A DNA stretch of 61,833 nucleotides, counting the filler. It is 6 parts of 6 records of this genome, joined end to end, with 100 filler letters (N's around TTAATTAATTAA, not from the genome) between each part and the next. Parts side by side here need not be neighbours in the genome. Positions count along the whole stretch, not along the records: positions 26,129 to 34,068 come from SRR31156797_24812; positions 34,169 to 41,418 come from SRR31156797_24835; 4 more parts are not named here. The stretch is one strand, 5' to 3'. The translations under genes were made by a program, and so were the position numbers. Positions within the stretch are counted from its first letter, which is position 1. The number at the start of each line of letters is the position of its first letter. This document shows positions 28,321 through 38,338 of this stretch, in pieces. The notes under the pieces were generated by a model that worked only from the letters and a program-made list of their open reading frames with translations, searched no databases and had not been told where the DNA came from.

Positions 28321-30540
28321 TCAAGAAGTTTTCTTCATCCCCCGGATCATGTTGACCATAATCTTGTCGGCCCGGTCAAGGCGGCCGGCAAGCACCTCGA
28401 AGAGATGGGCTGCCACGTCAGGATACTTTTCGATGATCTCGGCAAGCTTGTCCCCCGGAAACCGCTTGATCTTCGACCGCCCCTTGGAGATGATGGATGC
28501 GGACCGGGGTTCTCCGGTGATGGCGGCCATCTCGCCGAAATATTCGTTGGGCTGGGTGATCTCGGCGATCTTCTTTCCCCCCTTGACCACATAGACGGCC
28601 CCCTGTACCAGCTTGAAGAAGTCGATATCCGTGTTGCCCTCCCGGATGATCACGTCCTTGTCCTCGTAGTGCTCCACATCGGGATTGACAAGGTAGGCCG
28701 GCAGGGCCTCCTTGGTAATGGTGGTCTTCTTGAGCACCTCCTCCAGGGAGGTGGCGCCCTGGCGCACCTTGATGAGACCGGCGTCCCGGAGGGTTTTCAT
28801 TCCCTCCTGGATGGCGAGCTTTCTGAGCTGATCCTCGGCAACGGCGGCATTGATGGCCTTGGCCACCTCGTCCGTCACCTCCATGAGCTCATAGAGCCCT
28901 ACCCTGCCCTTGTATCCGGTGCCGTTGCAGTTGCCGCATCCCTTGGGGCCATAGAACTTGAGATCGGGGATCTCGTCCTTGTCAAAGCCGTAAAGCTCCA
29001 GATCCTTGGGGTCGTAGCCCGTGACAACTTGCTTGCACTCGGGACAGAGCCGCCGGGCCAGACGCTGGGACAGCACCATGGACACGGAGGATGCCAGCAT
29101 GTACGGGGGGATGCCAATATCAATGAGCCGGCCGATGGTGGAGGGACAGTCGTTGGTGTGCAGGGTGGAGAACACCAGATGGCCGGTCATGGCGGCCTTG
29201 ATGGCGATCTCCGCCGTACTGATATCCCGGATCTCCCCGACCATGATGATGTCCGGATCCTGGCGCAGGAAGGATTTCAGGGCCGCGGCAAAGGTCATGC
29301 CCACATCGTCCTTCACCGGCACCTGGTTGATCCCCCTGAAATTGAACTCCACCGGATCCTCGGCCGTGAGGATTTTTGTATCCTCCTTGTTAAGACGGTT
29401 GAGAATCGAGTAGAGGGTGGTGGTTTTACCGCTTCCCGTGGGACCCGTGACCAGAAGCAGGCCATAGGGCCGGGTGATACAGCGCTTGATGCCTTCAAAG
29501 GTGTCGGGCTCGAAGCCGAGCTTTGACAGGTCCACATTCAGGGCGCTCTGGTCAAGGATACGCATGACCACGCTCTCGCCAAACAGGGTGGGCAGGGTGG
29601 AGACCCGGAAGTCCACCGCCTTGTGTTTCCCGAACTTGAGCTTGATCCTGCCGTCCTGGGGGATTCTGCGCTCGGCAATGTCCAGTTCGGCCAGGATCTT
29701 GAGCCTTGAGATCACGGCATTCTTGATGGTCAGGGGCAGGTTCATGGCCTTGTAAAGGGAACCGTCCAGGCGGTACCGCACCTGGAGGGCCTTTTCAAAG
29801 GGTTCGATATGGATATCGCTCACCCCGTCGTTGACCGCCTTGATGAGGATTCCGTTCACCAGCTTGATGATGGGGGCATCCGAGGCCCGGAACTCGTCAT
29901 ACTCATCGTCCTCACCAACGGATTCGACCTCGAGCTCCCCCGCCGCCTCGGACACCAGGGAACCAAAGTCGTCCACCGAGGTAACCGGCTCGTCCGGCTC
30001 CGGTTCCTCAAAATGAATGAACTCCCGGTACTGCTCCTCACTGATCTTGTAGAAGTCCCGGTAGGCCTCGATCACATCGTTTTCCGTGGACACGCAGATC
30101 TTGAGGGTCTTGCCCACCTCCTGCTGAAGCTCCTCGACAGCCTCCGTATCCGTGGGCTCCGCCATGGTAACCACCAGCTCATCACCCTTCATGCCCAAGG
30201 GAAAGACCATGTATTTCCTGGCAACCTCAAAGGGAAGCATCTCCAGGATCTTCGGATTCGGCTTCATCTCCGATAGCCTTACCACCTGGTAGTTGTAGAG
30301 CCGTCCCAATACATTGATAATGGTTTCCGGATCGATGAACCCCATGGTGAGCAGCACATTGGACAGCCTTGCCCCGCTCTTCTTCTGCTGGGCAAGTGCG
30401 CTCTGGAGCTGGTTGCTGGTGATCTGCCCCTCCTTGGAGAGGATCTCACCGATGCGCACCTTACTGGCTCCGGACTGATCCTTGATGGTTTTGGTTCTTG
30501 CGGTTGACCTGGCCTTGGATTGAGTATTCATACGCAGCAC
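28321..30540 (-). CDS. pilB: Type IV pilus extension ATPase PilB with an N-terminal MshEN domain and a C-terminal cNMP-binding domain
   Basis: SDIHIEP, RIPQDGR, Walker A GPTGSGKTT, AEDPVE, LRQDPDIIMVGEIRD, TGHLVFSTLHTND, Zn motif CPEC/CGNC. Tail IIREG...FGEMAAITGEPRSAS. Confidence 0.92.
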   Translation of the reverse strand: MLRMNTQSKARSTARTKTIKDQSGASKVRIGEILSKEGQITSNQLQSALAQQKKSGARLSNVLLTMGFIDPETIINVLGRLYNYQVVRLSEMKPNPKILEMLPFEVARKYMVFPLGMKGDELVVTMAEPTDTEAVEELQQEVGKTLKICVSTENDVIEAYRDFYKISEEQYREFIHFEEPEPDEPVTSVDDFGSLVSEAAGELEVESVGEDDEYDEFRASDAPIIKLVNGILIKAVNDGVSDIHIEPFEKALQVRYRLDGSLYKAMNLPLTIKNAVISRLKILAELDIAERRIPQDGRIKLKFGKHKAVDFRVSTLPTLFGESVVMRILDQSALNVDLSKLGFEPDTFEGIKRCITRPYGLLLVTGPTGSGKTTTLYSILNRLNKEDTKILTAEDPVEFNFRGINQVPVKDDVGMTFAAALKSFLRQDPDIIMVGEIRDISTAEIAIKAAMTGHLVFSTLHTNDCPSTIGRLIDIGIPPYMLASSVSMVLSQRLARRLCPECKQVVTGYDPKDLELYGFDKDEIPDLKFYGPKGCGNCNGTGYKGRVGLYELMEVTDEVAKAINAAVAEDQLRKLAIQEGMKTLRDAGLIKVRQGATSLEEVLKKTTITKEALPAYLVNPDVEHYEDKDVIIREGNTDIDFFKLVQGAVYVVKGGKKIAEITQPNEYFGEMAAITGEPRSASIISKGRSKIKRFPGDKLAEIIEKYPDVAAHLFEVLAGRLDRADKIMVNMIRGMKKTS

Positions 30541-30556
30541 CCGTCCCTATGTGGGG

Positions 30557-30763
30557 TTACCGGTTGTCGTAGATCTTCTTCCCCCCCCCGTAAACAAGGA
30601 GAATACCGAGCACGTAAAAACAAAACTTAACGATACCCGGCGCACCTGAAAAAAACGCTATATTCTCGACCTTGGGCATCACCTGGGGAATCCTGTAAAA
30701 TACACCCAGTCCCGCCATCATGAGGGCCGTGCCCCATATCAACTGAAATTTTCGTCTCTCCAT
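30557..30763 (-). CDS. Small two-TM membrane protein
   Basis: Two hydrophobic segments. Sits tightly between the ABC-F gene and pilB on the same strand. Confidence 0.7.
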   Translation of the reverse strand: MERRKFQLIWGTALMMAGLGVFYRIPQVMPKVENIAFFSGAPGIVKFCFYVLGILLVYGGGKKIYDNR

Positions 30764-30768
30764 TGGAA

Positions 30769-32619
30769 TCACCTTTCAAGCTGGTTCAGCTTCTCTTCAA
30801 ACAGTTTCATTTTTTCATCAAGTTCTTCGGAACAAATTTCCAGATCATCAAACAAGGCGTCGATTCGGTTCTGATGTTCCCCTATGCCGCAGGAGAGCTC
30901 CGCAATGGCTTTCCCGTCCTGGCGCTCCACCGCCTCCTGTATCCTGGCGTTGAGGGTCTCGAGCTCGGCTTCATGGGCTTCGATCTCCTCCTCGATGGCC
31001 TGGACCCGCTTCTTCAGGGGACCGGCCTCCCGGGAACGCTGGGCAATGATTTCACTTCTTACCTTCCGCATCTCTTTTTTGGAGACCTTGGATCCGTTGA
31101 GGCCCTTATCCGCCGGCGCTTCGCCTGCAGTCTCCTCCTCATCCCACCCCTCTTTCTCCAGGAACTCGTCATAGGTTCCCTCAAACATGAAGACGGTGTC
31201 GTTCTTAAAAACGATGAGGCGGTTGGCAAGGGAGTGGAGAAACATCTCATTATGGGTAACCAGCACCACGGCGCCCCCGAAATTGTCCAGGGCGGCCACC
31301 AGGGAATCGCAGGATTCCATGTCAAGATGGTTGGTGGGCTCATCCAAAAGCAAAAGGTTCAGGGGCTGTGCAAGGAGTTTGCCCAGCATCACCCGGCTCT
31401 TCTCACCGCCCGAGAGCACCGAAATGCGCTTCAGGGCATTGTCCCCGTCAAACATCATGGCCCCGCAGATATTCCTTGCCTGTTGCCGGTCAAGGTCCTT
31501 ATGGGAAAAGAGGATCTCCTCCTCCACGGTTGAGGTAGGGTTGAGGGACTGGATATTGGTCTGCTCAAAATACCCCATCTCCACCCCGGGATTGTAGGAA
31601 ACGGACCCGGAAACAGGGTTGAGCTTGTGGGACAGCAGCTTTAACAAGGTGGTCTTTCCCTTGCCGTTCTTGCCCACGATGGCCACCCGGTCCTCGGGGG
31701 CCAGGGTAAAGCTGAAATCTTTTATGAGCGGCACCTCGGGATCATGGGCAAAGCTTAAATGCTCGGTCCGCATCACCTGCTTGCCGGCAAATGGCAAATC
31801 CTTGAAGGTGAACTCCAGGGACTCCATCTTGCCGAGGCTTTCCCGTTTTTCCATCTTGGAGAGGGCCTTGATCCGGGACTGGACCATGCCGGCAAGCCGT
31901 GCCTTGGCCCGGAACCGTGTAATGAAGACCTCCATCTCCTTGCGCCGCTTCTCCTCGTTGACCCGGGTCTTTTCATAGACCTCCTCGTCCTGGAGGATCT
32001 GCTCGTAATATTTGTCCGTGCCCCCCTCGATCTTGCGGATAACGCTCCGGTGTATGCCCGCAATGTGGGTGACCACCGAATCCATGAAGCTCCTGTCATG
32101 GGTGACAAGAAGGATCTCCCTGGGCCAGGAACGAAGGAATCCCGAAATCCACCGGATGGAAGTGATGTCCAGATAGTTGGTGGGCTCATCCAGGATCAGG
32201 AGATCGGGCTCCGAAATCAGCACCTTGGCAAGGGTGAGCCGCACCTGGAATCCGCCGGAAAAGGCGTCCGGGCTCTGTTGCATGTCCTCATTGGAGAACC
32301 CCAGCCCCGCAAGGATCTTTTCCGCCTTCCAGTAGTGGTCCCGCTCGTTTTCGTTGAGTCCCAGCATGCACTCTTCAAGAACGGTGTTCTTTGTAAAGTC
32401 GATGTGCTGGGTCAAATAGCCAAGCCTGTAGTCCCCGGGGATTCGAATGGCGCCGGTGTCGGGCTCCTCCCGGCCGGTGATCATTTTCAACAGCGTTGTC
32501 TTTCCATGGCCGTTCCGTCCCACAAGGCCGATCTTCTCCCCGGTGTTTATCTGAAAACCCGTATTTGAAAGGAGAACCTGTCCGCCAAACCCCTTTGATA
32601 TCGATTCAATGTTTATCAT
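30769..32619 (-). CDS. ABC-F family ATPase (YheS/Uup-like)
   Basis: Two nucleotide-binding domains (GRNGHGKT/FSGG/LDEPTN and GKNGKGKT/LSGGE/LDEPTNHLD), no TMs, C-terminal coiled coil. Confidence 0.92.
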   Translation of the reverse strand: MINIESISKGFGGQVLLSNTGFQINTGEKIGLVGRNGHGKTTLLKMITGREEPDTGAIRIPGDYRLGYLTQHIDFTKNTVLEECMLGLNENERDHYWKAEKILAGLGFSNEDMQQSPDAFSGGFQVRLTLAKVLISEPDLLILDEPTNYLDITSIRWISGFLRSWPREILLVTHDRSFMDSVVTHIAGIHRSVIRKIEGGTDKYYEQILQDEEVYEKTRVNEEKRRKEMEVFITRFRAKARLAGMVQSRIKALSKMEKRESLGKMESLEFTFKDLPFAGKQVMRTEHLSFAHDPEVPLIKDFSFTLAPEDRVAIVGKNGKGKTTLLKLLSHKLNPVSGSVSYNPGVEMGYFEQTNIQSLNPTSTVEEEILFSHKDLDRQQARNICGAMMFDGDNALKRISVLSGGEKSRVMLGKLLAQPLNLLLLDEPTNHLDMESCDSLVAALDNFGGAVVLVTHNEMFLHSLANRLIVFKNDTVFMFEGTYDEFLEKEGWDEEETAGEAPADKGLNGSKVSKKEMRKVRSEIIAQRSREAGPLKKRVQAIEEEIEAHEAELETLNARIQEAVERQDGKAIAELSCGIGEHQNRIDALFDDLEICSEELDEKMKLFEEKLNQLER

Positions 32620-32774
32620 AATCCGTAAATCATACCATCAAGACGTAAAATTTTAAACATCGAATTGCCGGGTTGTGATATATAGACATGTTTGAATAAT
32701 TCCTTGACTTGAAGTCTGTTTATATTCTACAAGTTTCACCTATCGTAATTTATTAATACTAATCCGAGGAGACA

Positions 32775-34068
32775 ATGACTAAATACATCTATGGCTTTGG
32801 CGACGGCAAAGCGGATGGAGATGCGGCCCAGAAGAACCTTTTGGGCGGCAAGGGGGCCAATCTGGCCGAAATGGCAAGGCTCGGGCTTCCCGTGCCTGCG
32901 GGATTTACAATTTCAACAGAGTGCTGCAACGACTATTTCAAGGCCGGCGGTACATTACCGGAATCCCTGTTCCAGGAGATCGACCAGGCCATGGCAAAGG
33001 TCGAGGCTTCCATGGGAATGAAGTTCGGCGATTCCGACAATCCCCTGCTGGTCTCTAGCCGGTCAGGCGCCAGGAGCTCCATGCCCGGCATGATGGAAAC
33101 GGTGCTCAACGTAGGACTGTGCTCGGCCACCATCCCCGGTCTCATCAAGAAGACAGGCAACGAATGGTTTGTCTACGACGCCTACAGGCGTCTGATCATG
33201 ATGTATTCCGATGTGGTCATGGAAAAGGCGGAAGGCATCGAGCCCGAGGACGGCATGGGTATCCGGCTCCACCTTGAAATGATCATGAACAATCTCAAGA
33301 ATGACCGTAATTACGGGAGTGATACGGACATCAGCGCCGAGGAGATGAAGGCCCTGTGTGAGAAGTTCAAGAAAAAGGTCAAGGAAACCCTGGGCTGCGA
33401 ATTTCCGGACAACCCGCGGGATCAGCTCCTGGGCTCCATCGGCGCTGTATTCAAGAGCTGGAACGGAAAAAGGGCCGTCTCCTACAGACGAATCGAACAC
33501 ATTCCGGACGACTGGGGCACAGCGGTAAATGTCCAGAGCATGGTGTTCGGAAACATGGGTGACAATTCCGCCACAGGCGTTGCCTTTACCCGTGATCCCG
33601 CCACCGGGGACAACAAATTTTACGGGGAGTGGCTGCCCAACGCCCAGGGCGAGGACGTAGTGGCCGGTATCAGAACCCCCAACCCCCTCAACAACAGCAC
33701 CAAATCCTCCCACAATGGGGATCTTCCCTCCCTGGAAGAGGCAATGCCCGTCATCTACAAACAGCTTGCCGAGATACGGACACTGCTGGAAAATCATTAC
33801 CAGGACATGCAGGACATCGAGTTCACCATCCAGCAGGGAACCCTCTACATGCTCCAGTGCCGTGTGGGAAAAAGGACGGGAACCGCCGCCCTGAATATGG
33901 CCATGGATATGCTCGCTGAGGGCCTCATCAATGAGACCACCATGATCAACCGGCTCAACCCCAAGCAGCTGGACGAGATGCTCCATCCCATCGTGGATCC
34001 CGAAGCGGAGAAGGACGCAACTGTCATTGCACAGGGTCTTCCCGCCGGCCCCGGCGGCGCATTCGGCA
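32775..34068 (+). CDS. ppdK: Pyruvate, phosphate dikinase, 3'-truncated
   Basis: LLGGKGANLAEM, SGARSSMPGMMET, NAQGEDVVAGIRTP, DMQDIEFT. GAGGAG RBS. Confidence 0.96.
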
Positions 34069-34168
34069 NNNNNNNNNNNNNNNNNNNNNNNNNNNNNNNN
34101 NNNNNNNNNNNNTTAATTAATTAANNNNNNNNNNNNNNNNNNNNNNNNNNNNNNNNNNNNNNNNNNNN
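34069..34168. other. Artificial contig linker
   Basis: N44-TTAATTAATTAA-N44. Confidence 0.99.
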
Positions 34169-34238
34169 AATGAAGATCTCCAATGACATCCTGAAGATGT
34201 TGCTCAAAAACCGTTGTAAGAACATTTAAGCAAACACC

Positions 34239-34290
34239 AAAGGCCATGAAGGCTTACAGAACTGTTTCTGTATCTTCATGGCCTTTTTTT
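34239..34290 (+). terminator. Intrinsic terminator-like hairpin upstream of the permease
   Basis: AAAGGCCATGAAG pairs with CTTCATGGCCTTT, with an inner TACAGAA/TTCTGTA stem. The 3' arm ends in a 7-T run. Confidence 0.75.
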
Positions 34291-34337
34291 GTTGGCGGGA
34301 AACGCCTCAACCAGTAACGGATTCGGACAAAAGAGCA

Positions 34338-35372
34338 ATGACCACGACCCAGATCATCAACAAAAAAACCCTCTCAACCACCGGCCTGTTCGGACTTCTT
34401 GTCATGACCGCCATTTTCTGCATACAGTGCGGCGCCTGCAGCATTCCTGTTTCCGCCATTGTCAAGACCATCTCGGCCCACCTCTTCTCCTGGCCGGACC
34501 CGGACTCCCTGGAGCGGATCCACACCACCGTGGTGTGGAACATCCGCCTGCCAAGAACCCTGCTGGCCGTTATCGTGGGCGTCTGCCTTGCCACGGCCGG
34601 CACGGTGTTCCAGGGCTGCTTCAAAAACCCACTGGTGGAACCCTATGTCCTTGGCATCTCCTCCGGGGCCGCCTTTGGCGCCTCCCTGGGCATTGTATTT
34701 CCGGCCTTTTTCCTGTCGGTCCAGGTCCTGTCCTTTGTGTTCGGATTCCTGGCCGTTGCCATGGCCTACACCATGGCCCGGGTCCGGGGCCAGACCCCGG
34801 TGGTCACCCTGATCCTGGCCGGCGTGATCACGGGCTCCATCTTTTCCGCCTTTGTGGGCATCGTCAAGTACGTTGCCCAGGACACGGCCCTGAGGGAGAT
34901 CGTGTTCTGGCTCATGGGGGGATTTTACTATGCCGGATGGCGGGATATCGCCATCCTGGTTCCCATTGTCCTGCCCTGTTTTGTGATCATCTGGCTTTCG
35001 GGCTGGCGGATCAACGTGATCTCCATGGGGGACCAGGAGGCCCAGAGCCTGGGGATCAACCCGGAAACCACCAAGGCCCTCCTCATCACCCTTGCCACCC
35101 TCATGACCGCGGCCGCCGTTTCCACCGTGGGCATCATTGCCTGGGTGGGCCTGATGATGCCCCATGCCACACGGATGATCACCGGACCCGACCACAGAAT
35201 CGTCATCCCGGTGGCCGGGATACTGGGTGCCATCTACCTGATCGTTTGCGACACCCTGGCACGGACATTGACAAGCGCCGAGATTCCCATTGGAATCATC
35301 ACATCCATACTTGGTGCCCCCTACCTCTTTTTCCTCATACGGAACAAGGGGCAAAGAATATTCGGAGGATAA
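34338..35372 (+). CDS. FecCD/BtuC family ABC permease
   Basis: IRLPR, FQGCFKNPLVEPYVLGISSGA, WLMG, GIIAWVGLMMPH, CDTLAR, EIPIGIITSILGAPY. Confidence 0.93.
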   Translation: MTTTQIINKKTLSTTGLFGLLVMTAIFCIQCGACSIPVSAIVKTISAHLFSWPDPDSLERIHTTVVWNIRLPRTLLAVIVGVCLATAGTVFQGCFKNPLVEPYVLGISSGAAFGASLGIVFPAFFLSVQVLSFVFGFLAVAMAYTMARVRGQTPVVTLILAGVITGSIFSAFVGIVKYVAQDTALREIVFWLMGGFYYAGWRDIAILVPIVLPCFVIIWLSGWRINVISMGDQEAQSLGINPETTKALLITLATLMTAAAVSTVGIIAWVGLMMPHATRMITGPDHRIVIPVAGILGAIYLIVCDTLARTLTSAEIPIGIITSILGAPYLFFLIRNKGQRIFGG

Positions 35373-35373
35373 C

Positions 35374-36174
35374 ATGCTCACCGTCGACACCCTTAACTTC
35401 AGCTATACCAACAGCCCCATTCTTGAGGACATTTCCTTCTCCCTGGCCAGGGGAGAACTCTGCGGCCTCTTCGGCCCCAACGGTTGCGGCAAGACCACCC
35501 TGTTCAAATGCTGCCTGAAACTTCTCACCGGCTACAAGGGCACCATCGCCCTCAACGGCAGGGACATTCAAACCCTCAAGACCCGGGAGATGGCAAAACT
35601 TGTGGCCTATGTGCCCCAGGACCACAAACCGCCGTTCCCCTACCTTGTGAAGGAGATGGTGCTCATGGGCAGGACCCCCCACCTGAACGGTTTGTCCGTA
35701 CCAAAGGCCAGGGACATTGAAAAAGCGGAAGAGGCCCTTGAGACCCTGGGCATCGCCCACCTGGCGGACCACCCCTATGATCTCCTCTCCGGGGGCCAGC
35801 GGCAGATGGTGCTCATCGCAAGGGCCATTGCCCAGGAAACCCGGCTGATCTTCCTGGACGAACCCACCTCGGCCCTTGACTTCAGAAACCAGCTGGAGAT
35901 CTGGAAAAACTTGAGAGCCATTGCCGACCAGGGCATCACTATCCTGGCCTGCAGCCACGATCCCAACCATGTGGCTTGGTTCTGCGACACAACAGTGGTC
36001 CTGAACGACGCTGAAGTGGCCGCCACCGGCTCCCCCGCAACCGTGCTCTGCCAGGAAATGATGGATACCATCTACAAAGGCTCCTGCCAGGTAAGGGACC
36101 TCGAGGACATCAAAATGATCTTACCAAAGGATGTCACCCGTAAACGGCTCACCCCCGGAGAAATCATGGTATAG
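35374..36174 (+). CDS. Iron-siderophore/cobalamin ABC transporter ATP-binding subunit
   Basis: GPNGCGKTT, AYVPQ, MGRTPH, LSGGQRQ, LDEPTSALD, SHDPN. ATG 35374 follows GGAGG. Confidence 0.92.
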   Translation: MLTVDTLNFSYTNSPILEDISFSLARGELCGLFGPNGCGKTTLFKCCLKLLTGYKGTIALNGRDIQTLKTREMAKLVAYVPQDHKPPFPYLVKEMVLMGRTPHLNGLSVPKARDIEKAEEALETLGIAHLADHPYDLLSGGQRQMVLIARAIAQETRLIFLDEPTSALDFRNQLEIWKNLRAIADQGITILACSHDPNHVAWFCDTTVVLNDAEVAATGSPATVLCQEMMDTIYKGSCQVRDLEDIKMILPKDVTRKRLTPGEIMV

Positions 36175-36270
36175 ATTCAAGGACAACGAAATAAAAGGAA
36201 AATGCATATGGCGTTGGAAGGATTTGACGAAAACGGAAATATACGGGCATGGGGAGATTCCGGGTTGGGC

Positions 36271-37890
36271 TTACGAGCTTTCATCCAGGACTTCCCGTAT
36301 CATTGATTGCATTTGTTCCCAGAAAAAAGGTTTTTTAAGCAATCCCCGAATGCCGGCTTTCCTCAACTCAACTTCATCCAGCGTCAGAAGCCCGGTTACC
36401 AGAAGAATCGGGATATCCGGGCGGACTTTCAGCATCTCCCTGCTCAACTCTATCCCGCTCATTTCCGGCATGATATTATCCGTGATCACAAGATCAAAAT
36501 CTTCCGGATGGTTTGTAAAAACGGCCAGGGCTTTCCTGCTTTCCCCACAGGGGGTGACACGATATCCCAGGTCCTGGAGAAGATTGGTCGATGAATTCAA
36601 AAGCATGGGTTCATCATCCACCAGGAGAATTCTTTCATCACCGCCGTCAAAAGTCTGGAATTTTACATCCGGTTGGGCGGATTCATACGTTTCTTCAATG
36701 ACAGGAAAATAGCAATAGAAACAGGCCCCCTCGCCAGGCACGCTTTCCACGCCCACGGCGCCCTTGTGCCCCAGGACGATACCATGAACCACGGACAGTC
36801 CCAGGCCACTTCCCTTTCCAACCGGATTGGTCGTAAAAAAAGGATCAAAAATGCTGTGAATTATTTCCTTGTGAATGCCCGGCCCATTATCTTTTACTGT
36901 AATTTTTGCGTATATTCCCGGTTCTATATTGGGGGTCAGCATCTCAACGACCTGGCCTTCGACAATAGCCGTTTTTTCAAGAACGACGTCAATGATTCCT
37001 CCTTTTTCCGACAAGACATGCACCGAATTGGTAACCAGATTTGTCACCACCTGGTGTATCTGAATCGGATCGCCCATGACAATCATCTCTTTGTTTTTGA
37101 CCTGGGAACGGATATCGATGTTGGAAGGCGTTAAATCCCCCATCATTTTTACAACCTCGGAAACGATATTGCTGATATGAAACGGTTTTTTCTCTTTTTC
37201 GGTCTGCCTGCAAAAATCCAGCATCTGCATGATCATGATTTTCGCCCGGTCCGCCGCCTTGAGCACATTATCCAGACAATCTATTTTCTCGTTGTCTTTT
37301 TCCGGGTCGAGTAATCCCACCGCCCGTTCCGTATATCCGAAAATAATCGACAGTAAATTGTTGAAGTCGTGGGCAATACCGCTTGTCAACACGCCGATGG
37401 CTTTGAGTTTCTGGGTCTGCCGGAGCTGTTTCTCCAGTGCCATCACCTTGGTAAGATCATACACCACGTTCAGAACACATTCCTGGCCGTCAAAATTAAT
37501 CATCCGCGCAAAAAGCGCGGCCGGAAAAACCGAACCATCCGCCTTTCTGAATATCGTACGAAAGCCGCAGACTTCACCATTCCTGGACAACATCTCAAAA
37601 AACGCATCCCTGTCCCCGGGGGCATCATACAAGGAAAATGCTTCAACCCCTTTAAATGCCTCAGCGGAATAACCGAATACTTCCTGTGCATTCAAATTGG
37701 TAAAAAGGATTTCTCCTTTTTCGGTTGAGACAATCATGGTGACAGGAATCGTCTCCGAAACCACCTCAAACTGCTTCTGCATCCGCATTTCCGTACTGCC
37801 GGAATGACTCGCAACAATTTTAAGCGCAGACTCCAGTTTTCTGATTTTTCTTTGCAGCCGCTCTATTTCTTTATCTTTATTGTCCGTCAT
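36271..37890 (-). CDS. Soluble hybrid histidine kinase (coiled coil-PAS-HisKA-HATPase-REC)
   Basis: PAS (NLNAQEVFGYS, RKADGS), AHDFNNLL, DNGPG, GSGLGL, REC (VDDE, TDNIMP, KP). Confidence 0.92.
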   Translation of the reverse strand: MTDNKDKEIERLQRKIRKLESALKIVASHSGSTEMRMQKQFEVVSETIPVTMIVSTEKGEILFTNLNAQEVFGYSAEAFKGVEAFSLYDAPGDRDAFFEMLSRNGEVCGFRTIFRKADGSVFPAALFARMINFDGQECVLNVVYDLTKVMALEKQLRQTQKLKAIGVLTSGIAHDFNNLLSIIFGYTERAVGLLDPEKDNEKIDCLDNVLKAADRAKIMIMQMLDFCRQTEKEKKPFHISNIVSEVVKMMGDLTPSNIDIRSQVKNKEMIVMGDPIQIHQVVTNLVTNSVHVLSEKGGIIDVVLEKTAIVEGQVVEMLTPNIEPGIYAKITVKDNGPGIHKEIIHSIFDPFFTTNPVGKGSGLGLSVVHGIVLGHKGAVGVESVPGEGACFYCYFPVIEETYESAQPDVKFQTFDGGDERILLVDDEPMLLNSSTNLLQDLGYRVTPCGESRKALAVFTNHPEDFDLVITDNIMPEMSGIELSREMLKVRPDIPILLVTGLLTLDEVELRKAGIRGLLKKPFFWEQMQSMIREVLDESS

Positions 37891-37924
37891 GTCGATTCCC
37901 CGGTGCTCATTTCGCTTTTAAGCA

Positions 37925-38278
37925 TTATTCAAAGATAATTTCCAGGTCAGCCATCAATTCCTTGAACGTCGGAATGGCTTCCACCTGCCAGGTCAGGGAA
38001 TTTTTGCATAATATCTTAAGATGGAGTCCCTCCACCTCGTCGGCTTCCATCACCAGGGAAACACAGACGGTCTTTATGCCCGAACTGTTGAGAAACACCA
38101 ACTGTCTCAAATCAAGAATGAGTTCCGCCAGATTCGATTTCGATACCGCATTTAGCACCTTTTCAAAAAACCGCTCCATGTCTTCGTATTCCTCCGGCAT
38201 TGCGGCGAGTTTTCCCGATATTGCCAGGGTGTCTTTGCCGTCAAAGGCCACCTTGTAGCTGTTTCCTTGGATCTCCAT
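37925..38278 (-). CDS. STAS/anti-anti-sigma-like protein (SiaC/Slr1659-like)
   Basis: LDLRQLVFLNSSG phosphoacceptor motif and WQ motif. ATG 38278 follows GAGGAG. Confidence 0.8.
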   Translation of the reverse strand: MEIQGNSYKVAFDGKDTLAISGKLAAMPEEYEDMERFFEKVLNAVSKSNLAELILDLRQLVFLNSSGIKTVCVSLVMEADEVEGLHLKILCKNSLTWQVEAIPTFKELMADLEIIFE

Positions 38279-38338
38279 GTTAGAGCTCCTCGCATATGAT
38301 TTGAGCACATTTTTTATTACTATCAGGAATAACAGGCA

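Noticed and set aside
28219-29526. Long antisense ORFs (also 22601-23686, 44028-45602, 47551-48870, 60003-61193) and the same-strand alternate-frame ORF 34289-35518
   Set aside because: They are shadow frames of well-supported genes in GC-rich sequence and carry no recognisable motifs.
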